The notes under the pieces were generated by a model. The model did no database searches. It was not told where the DNA came from and saw only the letters and a program-made list of their open reading frames with translations. Below, piece after piece: positions 21,260 through 33,860 of a DNA stretch of 64,000 nucleotides. Position 1 is the first letter of the stretch, and the number at the start of each line of letters is the position of its first letter. The stretch spans positions 1 through 64,000 of the forward strand of contig OZ025712.1 in NCBI GenBank assembly GCA_964019335.1. Reading direction: 5' to 3'. This DNA comes from Diplonema japonicum (taxonomy: Eukaryota; Protista; Euglenozoa: Diplonemea). Position numbers and translations under genes: made by a program.

Positions 21260-21924
21260 ATTTCTTTTTCTTTCTTGGTTGCTTTTTTTCTTGTTTTCTT
21301 TTTTTTTCTTCGAAAGGGACGGGGGAAAAAAAAAAGGAGAATGTTATGAAATTAGAATAGTAATGCCCTCCAAGAGAAAAAAAAAAAAAAAAGAAAATCG
21401 TAAATTAAAGACTCACAGCAACGAGGCCCTCATTTTCTTTCTTTGCCTTTCTTCCTCCCTCGACTCGACTCAGTATTTAGCTGAACACACACACAAAAAA
21501 AAGAAAGAAAAAAAAAAAGAAGAAGAAAAAACCCCCCTCCAACTGCAGGGAAAAGACATAGAAGTCAGAAAGAAAAGGAGAACAACAAAAAAGATGCCTT
21601 TGAAGGGTCCCTGCAGTATGTGACAGGATCGCCTAAAAAAACACACACTACTTTTTTTTCAGAAAAAAAAATTAACAAACTGTCGATAGAAGAAAAAAAA
21701 TCACGGATGAGACGCCTTTTATCCCCCCCCCCCCCCCCCCTTCTGGCACCCGAGAGTTTTTCCCTCCGGCATTTCCCCTTTCAAAAAAAAAAAAAAAAAA
21801 AGAGACATTCAAAAAGAACCAACATCTCGCACACTGGGATTGAGAAGGTCTCTGAGGGGTTACCTCCTGTCGCAAGGAGAGTCTATTGTACACATCTAAA
21901 GGAGGGATAGAGGCGGTTTACTGT

Positions 21925-22594
21925 CTACTTATCACTTTGCAATCTTGCCCCAATGTCTTGTTGTATAAGTTCAAGAGAGGATGGAGTGAGCTCGTTGAGC
22001 AACGCAAGGACTGCTGTAACGATGTTCCGCTGAGACCTGTCGGGGCCCTCGCGCCGCGGGGCAGGTTGTGCCGGGACGTTGCTCTGCCGGGCAGGCGCCG
22101 CAGCGGGTGGCGGCGAGGATCGTGTCACTGCCTCAAACTCCGACATTGGTATTTTATTACACTCCGCACGCTCCTCTGGAGTAATATCAACATTATCCAA
22201 CTTCTCCAACTGCGGCAACGTCCTTATCACGAACGGGCGGTACATGTAATGCGTCGCGCACGGGTTGTCGCACAGCCACAGGATCTTCAACTTCGGGAGC
22301 TTCCTCAGATGATACACATCTTCCAAATTCGCAATTTCATTCTTTCTTAAATACAGCTCCACCAAACCCCGACAGTTCGAGAAGTCGCTCAACGAGCTGA
22401 TCTTGTTCACCGACAGCGACAGTACTATTACATTAGGCATCTAGTGTGTGAATGCACATGGAGGGAGGGGTCCATACCCTTTTGATAATCGACACATTGT
22501 CCAACGAGCTTCCCCACACGTTCAGATTCTTCACGCTCTCTAAGCCATCCAGCTTAGTCTTCTGCAGCACCATGCGTTCTGTGAGTACCGCCAT
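21925..22594 (-). CDS. CFAP410: Cilia/flagella LRR protein CFAP410 (C21orf2)-like; intron 22441-22477
   Basis: VKNLNVWGSSL, LSLSVNKISSL, ELYLRKNEI, LWLCDNP, C-terminal NIVTAVLALLNEL. Confidence 0.85.
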
Positions 22595-22682
22595 ATTGTT
22601 GCCCTGTTGTGCATGAATGAGGTGCAACGAGCACAGACAAGCTTATCTATTTAACAATCTACATAGTACGCTAGACAAGTGT

Positions 22683-24383
22683 TTAGCCGCTTTGCGAAGA
22701 GCGGCGTGACTGCATTGATGCAAGTGAGGAATGCGGTGCGGGTGTCGGCCTCGTCTTGCGAGATGTGCTTGCAGCCGTCGCCAGCAGCGAGTGTAGCTGC
22801 GGTACATCTGCTATCTGCAGTTTTGCCATGAACGTCTTCATTCGTTCGTTCTCTGTGTGCGCCTCTTCCAGACGTGACTTGAGACACTCTTCTTCTTTGC
22901 TGAAATCATTCGCCGCTGCCTCCAGCTGCTTGCTGTGGTTCACTTGCTCCTTTTCTAACAAGGCCTGTTTCAGCCCCACTTCCTGCTGCTGGTGATTCAG
23001 TTGGTCACCTAATCTCTGCAGCTGTGTGACCAATGGATCATGCTGTGCCTTTGTCGTGCTCACTTCCTCGCTCAGGTGCTCCACCTCTCGCAGTTGCTGA
23101 GCATGAGACGAGCACGCCGACCTGATCTCCTGAGTGAGTATCCTGAGCAGCTGCCGTGTTGCTTGGTATGCGATTTTCATATTATCATAATACGTCCTGC
23201 TGTTGTCCTTATTTGCACCGCTTGATTGGATGGCTTCTATCTCCTTCTTGAGCGCCACAAGGTTGATTCCACTGCCTGATGTGCCCCCCTCAGTCATAGC
23301 CGCAAGCATCTTCAGATGCGGTGTGTTGATGGCATCGTGGTTCGCGTTTGCTATTTCTCTCAGCTGCTCAACACACCGCTGCCACTCCTCCGTGTTGTTC
23401 ACCTTGATCGTGGCTGTTGACGTGGTTGCAGTGAGCTCCTCCACAGTGCAACTGAGAGCCAGCAGGCTGCCGATCTCGTCCTGCTGCTCTCTGAGCAGTG
23501 TCTTCGTCTCAGCGGACTTGTCCTTCTGGAAGTTCGTCAGCCTGCTCTCACTTTCTGAGACTTCTCTCTTCAGTGCTTCTACAGTTTCTGCAAGTTGTGA
23601 AGCCAGCTGTCCCTCTTTCACGTACCTCGTGTGTGTTGCTTTATACAGACCATTAGCCCTCGACAACATCGCAGTCTCTTCCTGTTGACTGTCCAGCACG
23701 GCCCTCACGTTCCCGATCTCCGCCTCTTGCTGTCTAAGTTGGCCCTCCAGCTGCTGCACCTTTGTGCGCAGCATGTCCGCCTCCTTCGACTCCGTTTGGA
23801 GATCTGCCTCTGCTGCTGATAGCTTGGACTTCAGTTCCACGTTCTCCTTCACTGCAGCTTCTTGCGTCTTGCCACGTGTCACGAGCTCTTTTTCGCTCGC
23901 TTCTAGCAACGCAGAGAGGGCCGCGACCTGCTTTTCATACTCAGATTTGGACTGGTCCTTCTGCATAGTTTCGTTTCTGAGTCTTGTCTCACGCGACTTG
24001 TTCATATCGAGTTCCTGCGTCAGCTCCCTCACGAGGCCGGCTTGCTCTGTAAGATCGATTTGCATCTCGTTAGCTTCAATCTTCAACTGCTCGATTTCCG
24101 CCTCGTACCGCATAGTCATGATGTCGATATCCTCCTTCGTGATTGTGGTACCCGGGATGAAAATCGAGGGCCCGCTCACGGTACTCAGCGTGTTACCACC
24201 ACTGATGCCCCGCGACTGGTGCGACAGTCCTGACACTCGACGACCCAAGTGTCCCGGCACAGCTTTGTCATAGACACCACTGCCGGCACTGGCCGACGCG
24301 TACCTGCCCTCCTGAGGCAGTGTATGCACTGACTCGTAAGTCATATTAGGAGTTGGGATGGCTCTCATCTCATCCCAAGGCAT
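22683..24383 (-). CDS. Coiled-coil protein of unknown function
   Basis: 566-aa ORF, E/Q/K/L-rich heptads. Confidence 0.75.
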   Translation of the reverse strand: MPWDEMRAIPTPNMTYESVHTLPQEGRYASASAGSGVYDKAVPGHLGRRVSGLSHQSRGISGGNTLSTVSGPSIFIPGTTITKEDIDIMTMRYEAEIEQLKIEANEMQIDLTEQAGLVRELTQELDMNKSRETRLRNETMQKDQSKSEYEKQVAALSALLEASEKELVTRGKTQEAAVKENVELKSKLSAAEADLQTESKEADMLRTKVQQLEGQLRQQEAEIGNVRAVLDSQQEETAMLSRANGLYKATHTRYVKEGQLASQLAETVEALKREVSESESRLTNFQKDKSAETKTLLREQQDEIGSLLALSCTVEELTATTSTATIKVNNTEEWQRCVEQLREIANANHDAINTPHLKMLAAMTEGGTSGSGINLVALKKEIEAIQSSGANKDNSRTYYDNMKIAYQATRQLLRILTQEIRSACSSHAQQLREVEHLSEEVSTTKAQHDPLVTQLQRLGDQLNHQQQEVGLKQALLEKEQVNHSKQLEAAANDFSKEEECLKSRLEEAHTENERMKTFMAKLQIADVPQLHSLLATAASTSRKTRPTPAPHSSLASMQSRRSSQSG

Positions 24384-24515
24384 TAATTATTCCTGTGTGT
24401 TGCTCAAAGAAGAAAATAAAACAGAATCTCATAATACTAGAAGAGCATAATCGGCATAGAAAAGTATACTACGGCATAACATTGAAGCGAAATTTAGCAT
24501 GGACAGCATGGACAC

Positions 24516-25757
24516 TTATTTTGTGAGTGAGTTGAGGCGGAACTGTGGAGTAGAGGAGGCCCAGCTAACAAAGAAGCACAGTGTAGTCACATACACAGTG
24601 ACAGCGGTGAGAAAAACGGTCGGCCAACCGTAGACAGGAAGGACGTAACCAACATAGATGTTGCCAACGACGCCTGCAAGGGTGGCAATGGTGTTAGAGA
24701 TGCCGTGGACTTCGCCAGCGTACTCTGGGGCGATGTCTAAAATGTTCACCATATTGCCTGAAGTGTGGCATCCGTGTGAGGCCAGTGCCCCGCAAAACAA
24801 AAGCGCCATCACCTTCGGAACCGCGTATTCTGTCGGGAGCAACGCGCACACCAACAAAGATATGGCACCTCCGCCCATGGCAATGCCCTGTGCGCACTTC
24901 CTCACTGTCAACACATCATATCCCTGCTGGATGGCAGAGTCACAAGCATGACCTGCAACATTCGCCGACACCGCAGCACAAATATATGCTGGGATGGTGA
25001 ACCCACCAACTTCCTCCAGCGGGACCCCCAAGTGTGTAAAATACACAGGCAGCCACGTAATCAGGATGTAGAACCCAAAGTTCCCACCGAAATGCGACAG
25101 GTATATCGCCCAGAACTCTTTCTTTGTGCACAGCACACGCCACGGCACTACGCGTTGCTTCACCGGGTGGAACTCGAGGCCACCTTCAGGGGGGTTGAAC
25201 AAAAAGCACCCCGACCACACGAAGCCGATCACTCCAAAAAGGTAGAACATTATTTCCCAATTGGCAGCAGCCACTGGCGCAAGGATGAGGGAGATGACAA
25301 TGCCCAGCTGGTGTCCCGAGGTGATGAAGGACACGTACTTCGTGAGAGATGCAGGGGGGTACCAGGCCGAGGCGATAGCGTGAAGTGAAGGCATTGCAAT
25401 ACCTTCACCCGCGCCGAGTCCTATCCTAGCAAGCATTAGGAGCCAGAGGTTGTGGGCGCACAGTGGGGTGATCAGTGTCCAGAAGCTCCAAATTGCGACT
25501 GCGCAAAGCAGGACATAAGGCCCACCCTTCATGCCTGCCAAAACACCTCCTAGCACTTGAGTAGTGGCATACCCCATGAAGAACCCCGAGAAGATGAACC
25601 CCTGTGTGGCCTTGTCCCACCCGTAGTGCTCGGCAGCAGGCACCATCGCCACACTCATATTCGTTCTGTCCACGTAGCAGATCACACTCGCTAGCCAGCA
25701 GTACGCAAGCATCACATGGTGTTTCTCGATCTTCATCCCGTTGTTTTTCTTCCTCAT
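24516..25757 (-). CDS. MFS transporter, SLC17/anion:cation symporter family
   Basis: YVDRTNMSVAM, SGFFMGY, GAGEG, TWLPVY, DIAPEYAG..GISNT. Confidence 0.9.
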   Translation of the reverse strand: MRKKNNGMKIEKHHVMLAYCWLASVICYVDRTNMSVAMVPAAEHYGWDKATQGFIFSGFFMGYATTQVLGGVLAGMKGGPYVLLCAVAIWSFWTLITPLCAHNLWLLMLARIGLGAGEGIAMPSLHAIASAWYPPASLTKYVSFITSGHQLGIVISLILAPVAAANWEIMFYLFGVIGFVWSGCFLFNPPEGGLEFHPVKQRVVPWRVLCTKKEFWAIYLSHFGGNFGFYILITWLPVYFTHLGVPLEEVGGFTIPAYICAAVSANVAGHACDSAIQQGYDVLTVRKCAQGIAMGGGAISLLVCALLPTEYAVPKVMALLFCGALASHGCHTSGNMVNILDIAPEYAGEVHGISNTIATLAGVVGNIYVGYVLPVYGWPTVFLTAVTVYVTTLCFFVSWASSTPQFRLNSLTK

Positions 25758-25986
25758 CCCGCTGTGGTGGTTTTGCAACGCAAAGGAGAAAAAAAACAAC
25801 AACAAGAAAAAAAAACCGCGTTGATACGTGTAAATGAACAATATGGTCACTATTCGCCACTTGTCACATCGGATTGTCTGAAAATCTCCAAAATCTGATC
25901 TTCCATGAAAATGAAATTTAGGATTTTAGCTTGACAAGAAGTTGTGACAAACAGCGAATAATTAACCACATGTGGTTTATAATGTA

Positions 25987-28900
25987 CTAATCGTCTCTGT
26001 GCTTCTTCACCAGCAATTCATCGTACCTGCTGTTGATCATGCTCTGCTCGTAGTGCTCTTGGAGTATCCTGTTCACATCGAGTGGGTCGCTTGCCTGTGG
26101 AAACGAGGCGTCGCTGTGCCACGTGGAAATGTCTCTCTTTGGTTTGATGATGTTAGCGGCGCTTGTTGGGAGCACCTTTCCTTCGTATTTTTGTACTTTG
26201 AGGCGGAGCTCCCGTACGAGTTGGTTAAGAAGATCTGTTTCTTCTTCCTTCTCGCGGAGCTGTTGCTGCTGCATGGCAATGATGCCGCCCTCGTCGGTCT
26301 TGAGCCTGTTCAACTCCGTAGCCGCACCATGCAGGGTGGTGTTAGTACGCGACAGGTCTCCAGCACGCAACTCTAACGATCTCATCTCCTCCAAAGCCTG
26401 TCGAAGCCTTACGTCGCGCTGTTTCAGAGCAGCCTTCAAGTCTTGGACTTCATTCGCAAGCCTCGTGGTCACCTTCGTCGCTTCGTACTCGATGTCGTTG
26501 TTCTTCTTGTTGGCCGTGTGCAGCTCCATCCCTCGGCACACATCTCCCTGCATGTGTTTATTTATTTCTGCTTTCTGCAGCGCTATCTCCCTGCTCTGCC
26601 TCAACATCTCCGTTTTCAGTCTCTCCACCTCTGCTTCATGTCGTCGCATTAGTTCTGTTTCCTTGTGATGCACTTCAAGCACCGCTTCCTGTCTTCCTTT
26701 CTCTTTCATTTCCACCTCATGCAGCAATCTGCCCAACTCCTTCTCCTGCGATTCAGCGTGCGACGTGATAAGCTTCTTCTGCTCCGTGAGGCTTTCAATG
26801 ATGTCGTTCAGGTCGCGCACTTCCTTCTCGCGCTTAAACTTCCTCTCTTGCTCTACCTCCTGCATCTGGCCAATCTGGTCCAGCAGCATTGTCTTTGAGA
26901 GACGCAGCTCGTTGGCTTCTTTTGCAAAGTCCTCGCTTCGGTGTGTCAACTCTTCCACAACGGCGCTTACATTCTGCGATGCCTCAATGCTCACGTATCC
27001 CAAGCGTTCTCTTTCAGCTTCGCGCAGTCTCTTCTCGTCCTCGACTTTTCCCTTCATCAAGCTGTAGTCGTGTTTGATGTCATTCAGATCCTGCCGCAGG
27101 GCCAGGGACTCACGTTCGTGTTCTATGCGTGCTTGTTCAAGCTGTGTGTGGTTAAACGATGACCCAACATACCAAGTCACGATCCTTGCAAGAGGCCTTT
27201 GCCTCACGGAATTGCGCCTCCCGTTCCTGTAGTAGCTGCTTGAGCTCCTCGATGCAACCCGCAAGCTGCACCTTTTGAAGACTCCATCTATCTTCTTGTC
27301 TTTTAAAATTGCAAGTCTCTCGCTCAGCTTCTTGTCGCAACATAGACACCTCGTACTCTGCTCTGTTGCTGGTCTCGCGTGCGGTGCGAAGGTCATTGTC
27401 GCACGTCGCCAACTGTTGCTTCATCTCATCGGTCGAGAGGTCCGTCGAAGCTATCTGTTGTATTTCGGCTTGCCTCTTCAGGTTCATGACAGCCACATGG
27501 CTATCCTTGAGCTCACACTCTTGCTTAATGCATTGCTTGTTTAGCTCGTTGCACTGAAGCTCCTTTGCGTCCAGTCGCTCAGTCAGATCATTAAGAACCG
27601 TTCGGATCACTTCCAATTGTGCCTTCGCGCCAGCGTGCACTGCAGCTTGGTCCGTTAGATATGACAAGTGCTCTTCCAACTCTAAGATTCTGCCTTCCAA
27701 ACCCTTCTTCGTGGCTTCACTATATTTCGTGACATTTGTAACTGTCTGCCGTACGAGTTCTGTTTCGCTTACCGCTTTTTCCAAAGCAACACTCTTCTCC
27801 TTCAGTGTAGCAGACTCGTTCACCAACCGCTCGTTTTCATTCATGAGCTTCATCAGTTGCTGCTTCATGTTTGCTAGCAGTTCGTCCTTGTCGTGCAGCT
27901 GCGACGTCAGCTCGGTTTTGGTTTCCTCAAACAGCTCCTTGCTGACCCTGTCTTCTCTGATGATGACAGTGCCTTTCCTAGGGCTGATTGCCACATTGTC
28001 ACTGTTTGCCATTTTCGTGTCTGCTATGCTTTCCTTGGCGTCCGTCACTTGTCTCTGGCTTTCGCGGCGGAGGCACCCGTTCTCTGATCGCACGGAAACC
28101 CGGCTCCTGGCTTCTGATGACTTCTTGTCCTCCGATCTAGTCCTCGCCTCAGATCCCGCGTCCGAAGGGCTCCTCGCAGGACTTGTGCCGTCCGACCTTG
28201 CACCCTCAGAGTGACAACTTCTGCTTCGCGAGGATCGCAAGTACTCCGGTGCCACTTCTGAGAACCTTCTAGGCGACTCGCTCATCCGCGAATGCCTCTC
28301 TGAGACATCCCGCCTTTCTTCAACATGCCTGACTGATGACTCTGACCTGTGCTCTCTACTAGACCTGCTTTCAGATTTCGATATTGAGTATCTTCCTGAC
28401 TCTGAGACTCTTGGCGATTCCGAGTACCTTCTCGGAGACACCGAGTACCTTCTTGGGGAATCGGAGTACCTTCTTGGGGAATCGGAGTACCTCCTCTCGG
28501 ACTGCTTCCTCATCTCAGAGTACGTCGAGTATTTTCTCGGCGAGTCCAGTCTCGCCTCTGACCTGCGAGGGGAGTCATACGCTTCTGAGAAGCGTGTGCT
28601 CCGCGATCTCCTGTCAGAGAACTTTTCCATGGCTTCATGGGACGCTCGGGACTGCCTCGGGGGGAACTCGAAGCTCTCCATACTTTCTCTGTGCTTTGTA
28701 GGAGACACATCTTCGTACTCGGGGAGCCTGGAAGTACGTAAAGCGGATACAACCGAAGTACTGGTGGCACAGGGGGACACATCCCTAGGCTTGTCTTGGA
28801 GCTTCGGTTCAGCCTTGATGATGATGCACTCCTGATGTGTTGAAAGGATGACAGGGGTGGGCTCTTGCGAGACTGGTATAGACACAAATGCAGAAGGAGC

Positions 28901-31200
28901 AGCTAGCAGTTCCCTCTCCTTTTCGCCCAAGGCCTTGTCGAGGTCTTCGATGACTGTCTCTTTCGTGCTCAACAACTTTTCCAATAAATCTATTCTCCCT
29001 GTCTTCTCTCGGAGGACCTGCTGCTGCAACTGGACGCGTTTCCTTGACAATGTGATTTCATCTCTCAGAAGCTCGGTGTCGTCAGGCAGTGTGCCATCGG
29101 ACCCAGGCATGGGCACTGGGTGCATGGTCAAGTCTTCAGCAGCCTTTTGCAGCTTTGCTACATGGTCCTTTGCGTCCTGCAGTGCTCTCTGTTGGGACAG
29201 TGCATTCGCCTCGTGTCTTGCAACGCTCTTCTGCAGCCCCTGAATGTGCTCCTCCTTGTCATGCACGTTCGCAGTTAGCGTTTGCACCTCGGTCTGGAGC
29301 AGAATCTCGCTCTCCTTGTTAAAGACTGTGCTTACCTTCCTCGCTTCCAGAGCGACCATTTTTTGTGTCATCGCGGCGGTTGTTGCCATGTACTCCTCAG
29401 TCAGCTGCCTGTGCTGATTAAGGCTCTCTTCCTGCAGCCTTATCGTTTCGCACTTTTCTTCTAAGTTCTGTGCTTGCAGGGCTATTGCGATGTCCTTCTC
29501 TTCATTGAGCTTCTTGAGTGCTTCATACTGCGTCTTGATCTGCGCCATCACAGGATCGTTCAGCTCCAGTTCCTTAAGATTTTGAATACCACCACCTGCA
29601 TACCTGACTCTGGAGGTGCAGCTTTTGCTCCGCAATAACCTCCCTTAGTAACTTTACTTCATCAGTCAGAAGGCCCGCAGTAACAGCGTTCTGAGTGTGT
29701 GAAGGATAGGAACACGCAACATACCTTACGCAGCATAGCAAGCTCTCGGTCAGGGATAAGGTTCGCCTGGATTTTCTCGCGAACCTCGCGCTCAATGCGG
29801 AGCTCCGCCTCCAGTCTTTGGACCTCCTGCTCTGTTTTATCTTGTGAGAGCTGCAAGTTAAGGGCGTTATCTTCATAAGTTCTCTTCAGCTGCTCGGCTT
29901 GGCCCGAGACATCCATCGCGTGCTGGCAATGTTGTTGCAGCTCCTTGATAACGTTATCTTTAGATTCAAGCTCTGTCACAAGCCGCAGCTTTTCTTCTGT
30001 TAACTGGCGCAGTTCGTGTCTTAACACGCTCTCATTCTGTGCGTGCATCACGGGCTCTATGCGTGGCTGCGGTGTTCCTTCTTTTTCTTCTTTTGCCTGC
30101 AGCTCTGTCCTTAGCATTTGCCGTTCCTTTTCAAGCTGTTTTTTGGCTTCCTGCAGTTCTTTAACTTGGATCATTAGCCTATCGTCGCCGCCGTCGGTGC
30201 TTTTCACAGCGGGCACTACAGTCTGCAGTATAGAGTGCATCTGTTTCGTGTCTAGCATGGTGTCATCCTCGTTCCTGACCTCGTCCAGCCACACCCGCAC
30301 GTTTCCGTCGGAGTCAGCTGTCCAGACGCGATTCACAAGGTGTGTCGCCGTGTTGCAGATGGACAGCACGACGCCCTTGGCGGACTGGTACTTCTTAAGA
30401 GGTGCATATGTCGATGTGCTGAACGACTGCAGGACACCTCTTCCGTCAGTAGTCAGCATGATAGGGCCTAGATCGAGAAGGTCCTTCACGGCAGAAGTGA
30501 AAGCTGTGATCGTAGTGACCTTCGAGAGGGTGTTTATGTTCCAGACGGTGGCCTTCTTGTCGTCGCTGGCAACCCACAGTTTGTCATTTGCCGCTTTAGA
30601 GATCAGTAATCTGTTGACAGTATCTTTCTTGTTGCCATCACCCAGCACAGAAGGCTCCTCTCCCTCTGCATGCATGTTCCAGTACTTTATCACACCGTCG
30701 TAGCCTCCGCAGTACAGAGTTTCCATTGAGGGGCACAATGTCTTTATCCCACACCCGTGTCTCAGGGACTTTAACCATTGATGAGACACTGCATCCCACA
30801 CTGCGATGTAGAAGTCAACTGAACCGGTGATCACATAGGTACCGTTTTCCGCTGCAGCAGTGACTTGTTCTTTGTGTTTTTTGTCTTCGAATAATGGCTT
30901 CCCTTTCAAGGACGTAGCAGGGTACACCCTCACCAGACCCGTCACGTAGCCCAGCCACATGTGTCCCGTGCTGCTAGAGTGCACCAGTGTTGTGATTAGT
31001 GGGTTTTCAGCGTCCTTCTTCATCCGCATAACGGGCAACCCGTTCATTCCACGAATGGTGCATGTCCCTTCCTTCTCTGTTGTCCACACGTGCAGATTTG
31101 TTGCCTCGATGCATCGCACGGCTTCAGGGAACGCCCCTAGGAGGTTGAGGGAACCATTTGTTTGCCAATCTTGTGGCTTCGAAGACTTTGGCTTGTTCAT
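25987..31200 (-). CDS. Large WD40-repeat plus coiled-coil protein (~1700 aa); introns 29691-29724, 29573-29603, 27142-27172
   Basis: WD motifs (ITGSVD..IAVWD, GGYDGVIKYWN, DSDGNVRVW); four ORF pieces join in frame through GTATG...AG introns. Confidence 0.8.
28412..28500 (-). repeat. 21-nt coding tandem repeat (RRYSDSP x4)
   Basis: cggagtaccttcttggggaat units. Confidence 0.8.
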
Positions 31201-31263
31201 CCTGTTCTGTGCTAATTGAAAAGGAACCTGCAGAAAGCAACAAAGTGATAACTCTTTATGACT

Positions 31264-33069
31264 CTATTCGTCGAGTTTGTCTGTAAGCTCCAAGATGGCA
31301 TTCTGCGCCCTGATCCTCTCGTAGCCCTGCCCTCGTGTCGCAGCCTATGGTGGTAACAAGGTGGCGGCATTCATACCTTATGGATATCGAAGGGGATGAG
31401 GATGGCCTCGCGTGGCCAGTATTTCTTGTTGATGACCCGCCCGGGCTCACCCGCGACTTTGCTTCTCGCGTACCACACACCGTCTTCGTTGGCCCGTTTG
31501 TGTATGAATGGTATTTGGTCTTCATTCACTGGCAAGCGGCTGACAAACTTACCACCAGTAATAATTTCGGGCTTCAGCCGCTTCTGCAGATACTCTATCT
31601 TTTCGTTTGATAGTATCAGTTCCTCCCTGAGGTGATAGGTGGGGTTGTGTGCAAGAGGGACATACTTTCCACTGTTTTGGATGTGCACGGAATATTTATC
31701 CATCTTGTCGGGTCCTCGCTCAGGCTGCGCAGGGTAATCCCCAGCAAGGTCGATTTTCTGCTTGAGAATACGGCGAAAAGCATTGGTGAAAACATACCGC
31801 CTCTGGTGACATCATCCTCGCTTCGACTTCTTTTATTTTATCCCCGATGCTCAGCACCCTCCCTTCTGCCTCCACGTCATGCATCAGCGCTAAGGCTGTG
31901 CTGTGCACAACTTCCCCAGGTTTTACTTCAGGTTCATTTAAATGCGCCCACAAATGCTGTAAGAATGGATAAAAATAATCGTTGTTTATACATACTGATA
32001 GCTGGCCTTTTCGTTTGAGCTTCTCCCTCTGGAGCCTTGCGAGGACGGGGTCTTCTTCGTACTCTTCTTCTTCATCGATAGATTCTTGTTGCTGTCTCTG
32101 CCCTCCCAATTCATGTTGTTCATCCCTTCCGTTCGTACCTTCTACTCGTGCCTTATTGGTTATCTCGCGCCCATCTTTGCCATACCGTCTTGGTGTGGGG
32201 TCCTCGTACAAGTGCTCTGACTGCTGGGTGGGCTTGACTTCCGTCACTTTCAACTTTGAGTCGAGGTCGGCCTGGACCTCTCCTCTGGGGTACCTAGCCC
32301 AGATCTTGTCGACATTCGGCGGGAGGCCACTATCATCGTACGCAAGATCGAGGACAGCGTTCTTAGAAGGCACCTTCTTGGAGGGCGCGGCAGTTATGTT
32401 GATCTCCTCAGGTTGTGGGGCGAAGGTAGGGGCGTGCACGTCACCGAGGAGAGGGTCCACGACCACAGGCATGTCTTCGTAGTCAAACTGAGCAGTTGCA
32501 GGCACTGTAGGGGGCTGAGTTGATGTGGTGGCAGGGACGTCGGCAGGACTGTCGCCTTCACTCTTTAGAGGTAGAGATGCTGGCGTGCTTCCCGCAGGGG
32601 GCAGTTTTGCAATGTCCTCGCGAAGTTGCTCAAGTGTCTTGAGTTCACCGGATTCCGTGAGGTACCCTTTGGACTTCAAATCTTCCATGACGAGTGACCT
32701 CGTTAAATCGGGGCTCATCCAGGCCTCCCTTTTGTAAAGAGGGATCTTTTTCAGTTCTTTTACGGCCTCAAGTTTGTACAGGCGGTGGTACCTGTGCATG
32801 TCGGCTATCCTCTCACGCAGGTCATCGATCTTGCGTGCCATCAGCGGGATCACTTTCTGCATGTGCTTCTCGCTTCCACGCTGCCACATCTCCTTCGCGC
32901 CATATGCCTCTTCAAATAGCTCAAAATAGTCTACCCTCGGCTGCTCTCCGACACCTTTGGGCGGCAGCCTCTTCGCTTTCCCTCGGTGGGGGGTCACACC
33001 ATGGACTTCTGAGCGGCTGACACACCGCACCTGCCGCGTCACGACATCTATCAGCGCTCTCTGCTTCAT
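31264..33069 (-). CDS. Hypothetical protein (possible organellar targeting peptide); introns 31957-31995, 31761(or 31758)-31797, 31345-31376
   Basis: ORFs 31720-33120 and 31371-31703 join through short GTATG introns; no recognised domain. Confidence 0.65.
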
Positions 33070-33128
33070 GTCTTCCTGTGTAGGTGAGTGGTGCCTCGCA
33101 AAAGAGAATGAGCAAAACATAAACGCTT

Positions 33129-33801
33129 TCAGCTCTTCATCTTCTCATGCCTTTGTAACACGTGTTTTTTGAAGTGTATTTCGAACACTATTTCTCTCGA
33201 TCGTGTGTCATCGCTGTTCTTGGCGAACGCGGTTACTTCCGCTGGGAACTCTGCACTGTCCAACATGCCCGCAACAATGCCGGCCACGAAAGCTGTGCTG
33301 CTAAGCTTCTTGAACTCAGGAGGGTTGCACACAAAGTGCGACACCACAGGGTCGGTGTCCAGAATGCAGTACACGTCGTGCGGCTGTGCGGTTGTCATGA
33401 TCATCAAGCACTGTCAGCATACCTGTCCGTTTGCCTGGTTTGCGGCAACTATTGCTAGGTTGTCGGCCTGCTTCCCGAACAACACTTTCCACACAGTCTT
33501 CTCAATAAATGTCAGAAACTGTAATATTAAATAATATTCCTTCTTCCCCACATACCCTCACAAGATCTGTCTCCCTGCTGTCCATCCCCTTACTCCTATA
33601 CACGATCAGGTCCAACACCCGTATGCCCACTCCGTAGCCTATTTTGTGGAGTCTTGACTCCCACGTTGCCAGTGCCTTGGCAGGCGTGGGTGAGTTTTTT
33701 GTGTATTGAACGATCTCTGAAAACAAAAAAGAAAAAGCACTGAGGGACACCTCAGCCTTCCCCTTCGATATGGGCCTCTCTAAGATATTGAGGTTCTTCA
33801 T
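33129..33801 (-). CDS. TRAPPC5: TRAPP complex subunit 5 (Trs31); introns 33519-33555, 33384-33422
   Basis: ILERP...EVSLSAFSFLFSEIVQY, WKVLFGKQAD, AFVAGIVAGML..FPAEVTA. Confidence 0.92.
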
Positions 33802-33860
33802 AGTTCCCACCCTCCCTGTAGTGCATAACTGTGTTGCAGCAGGATAATAGCAAGTGATAT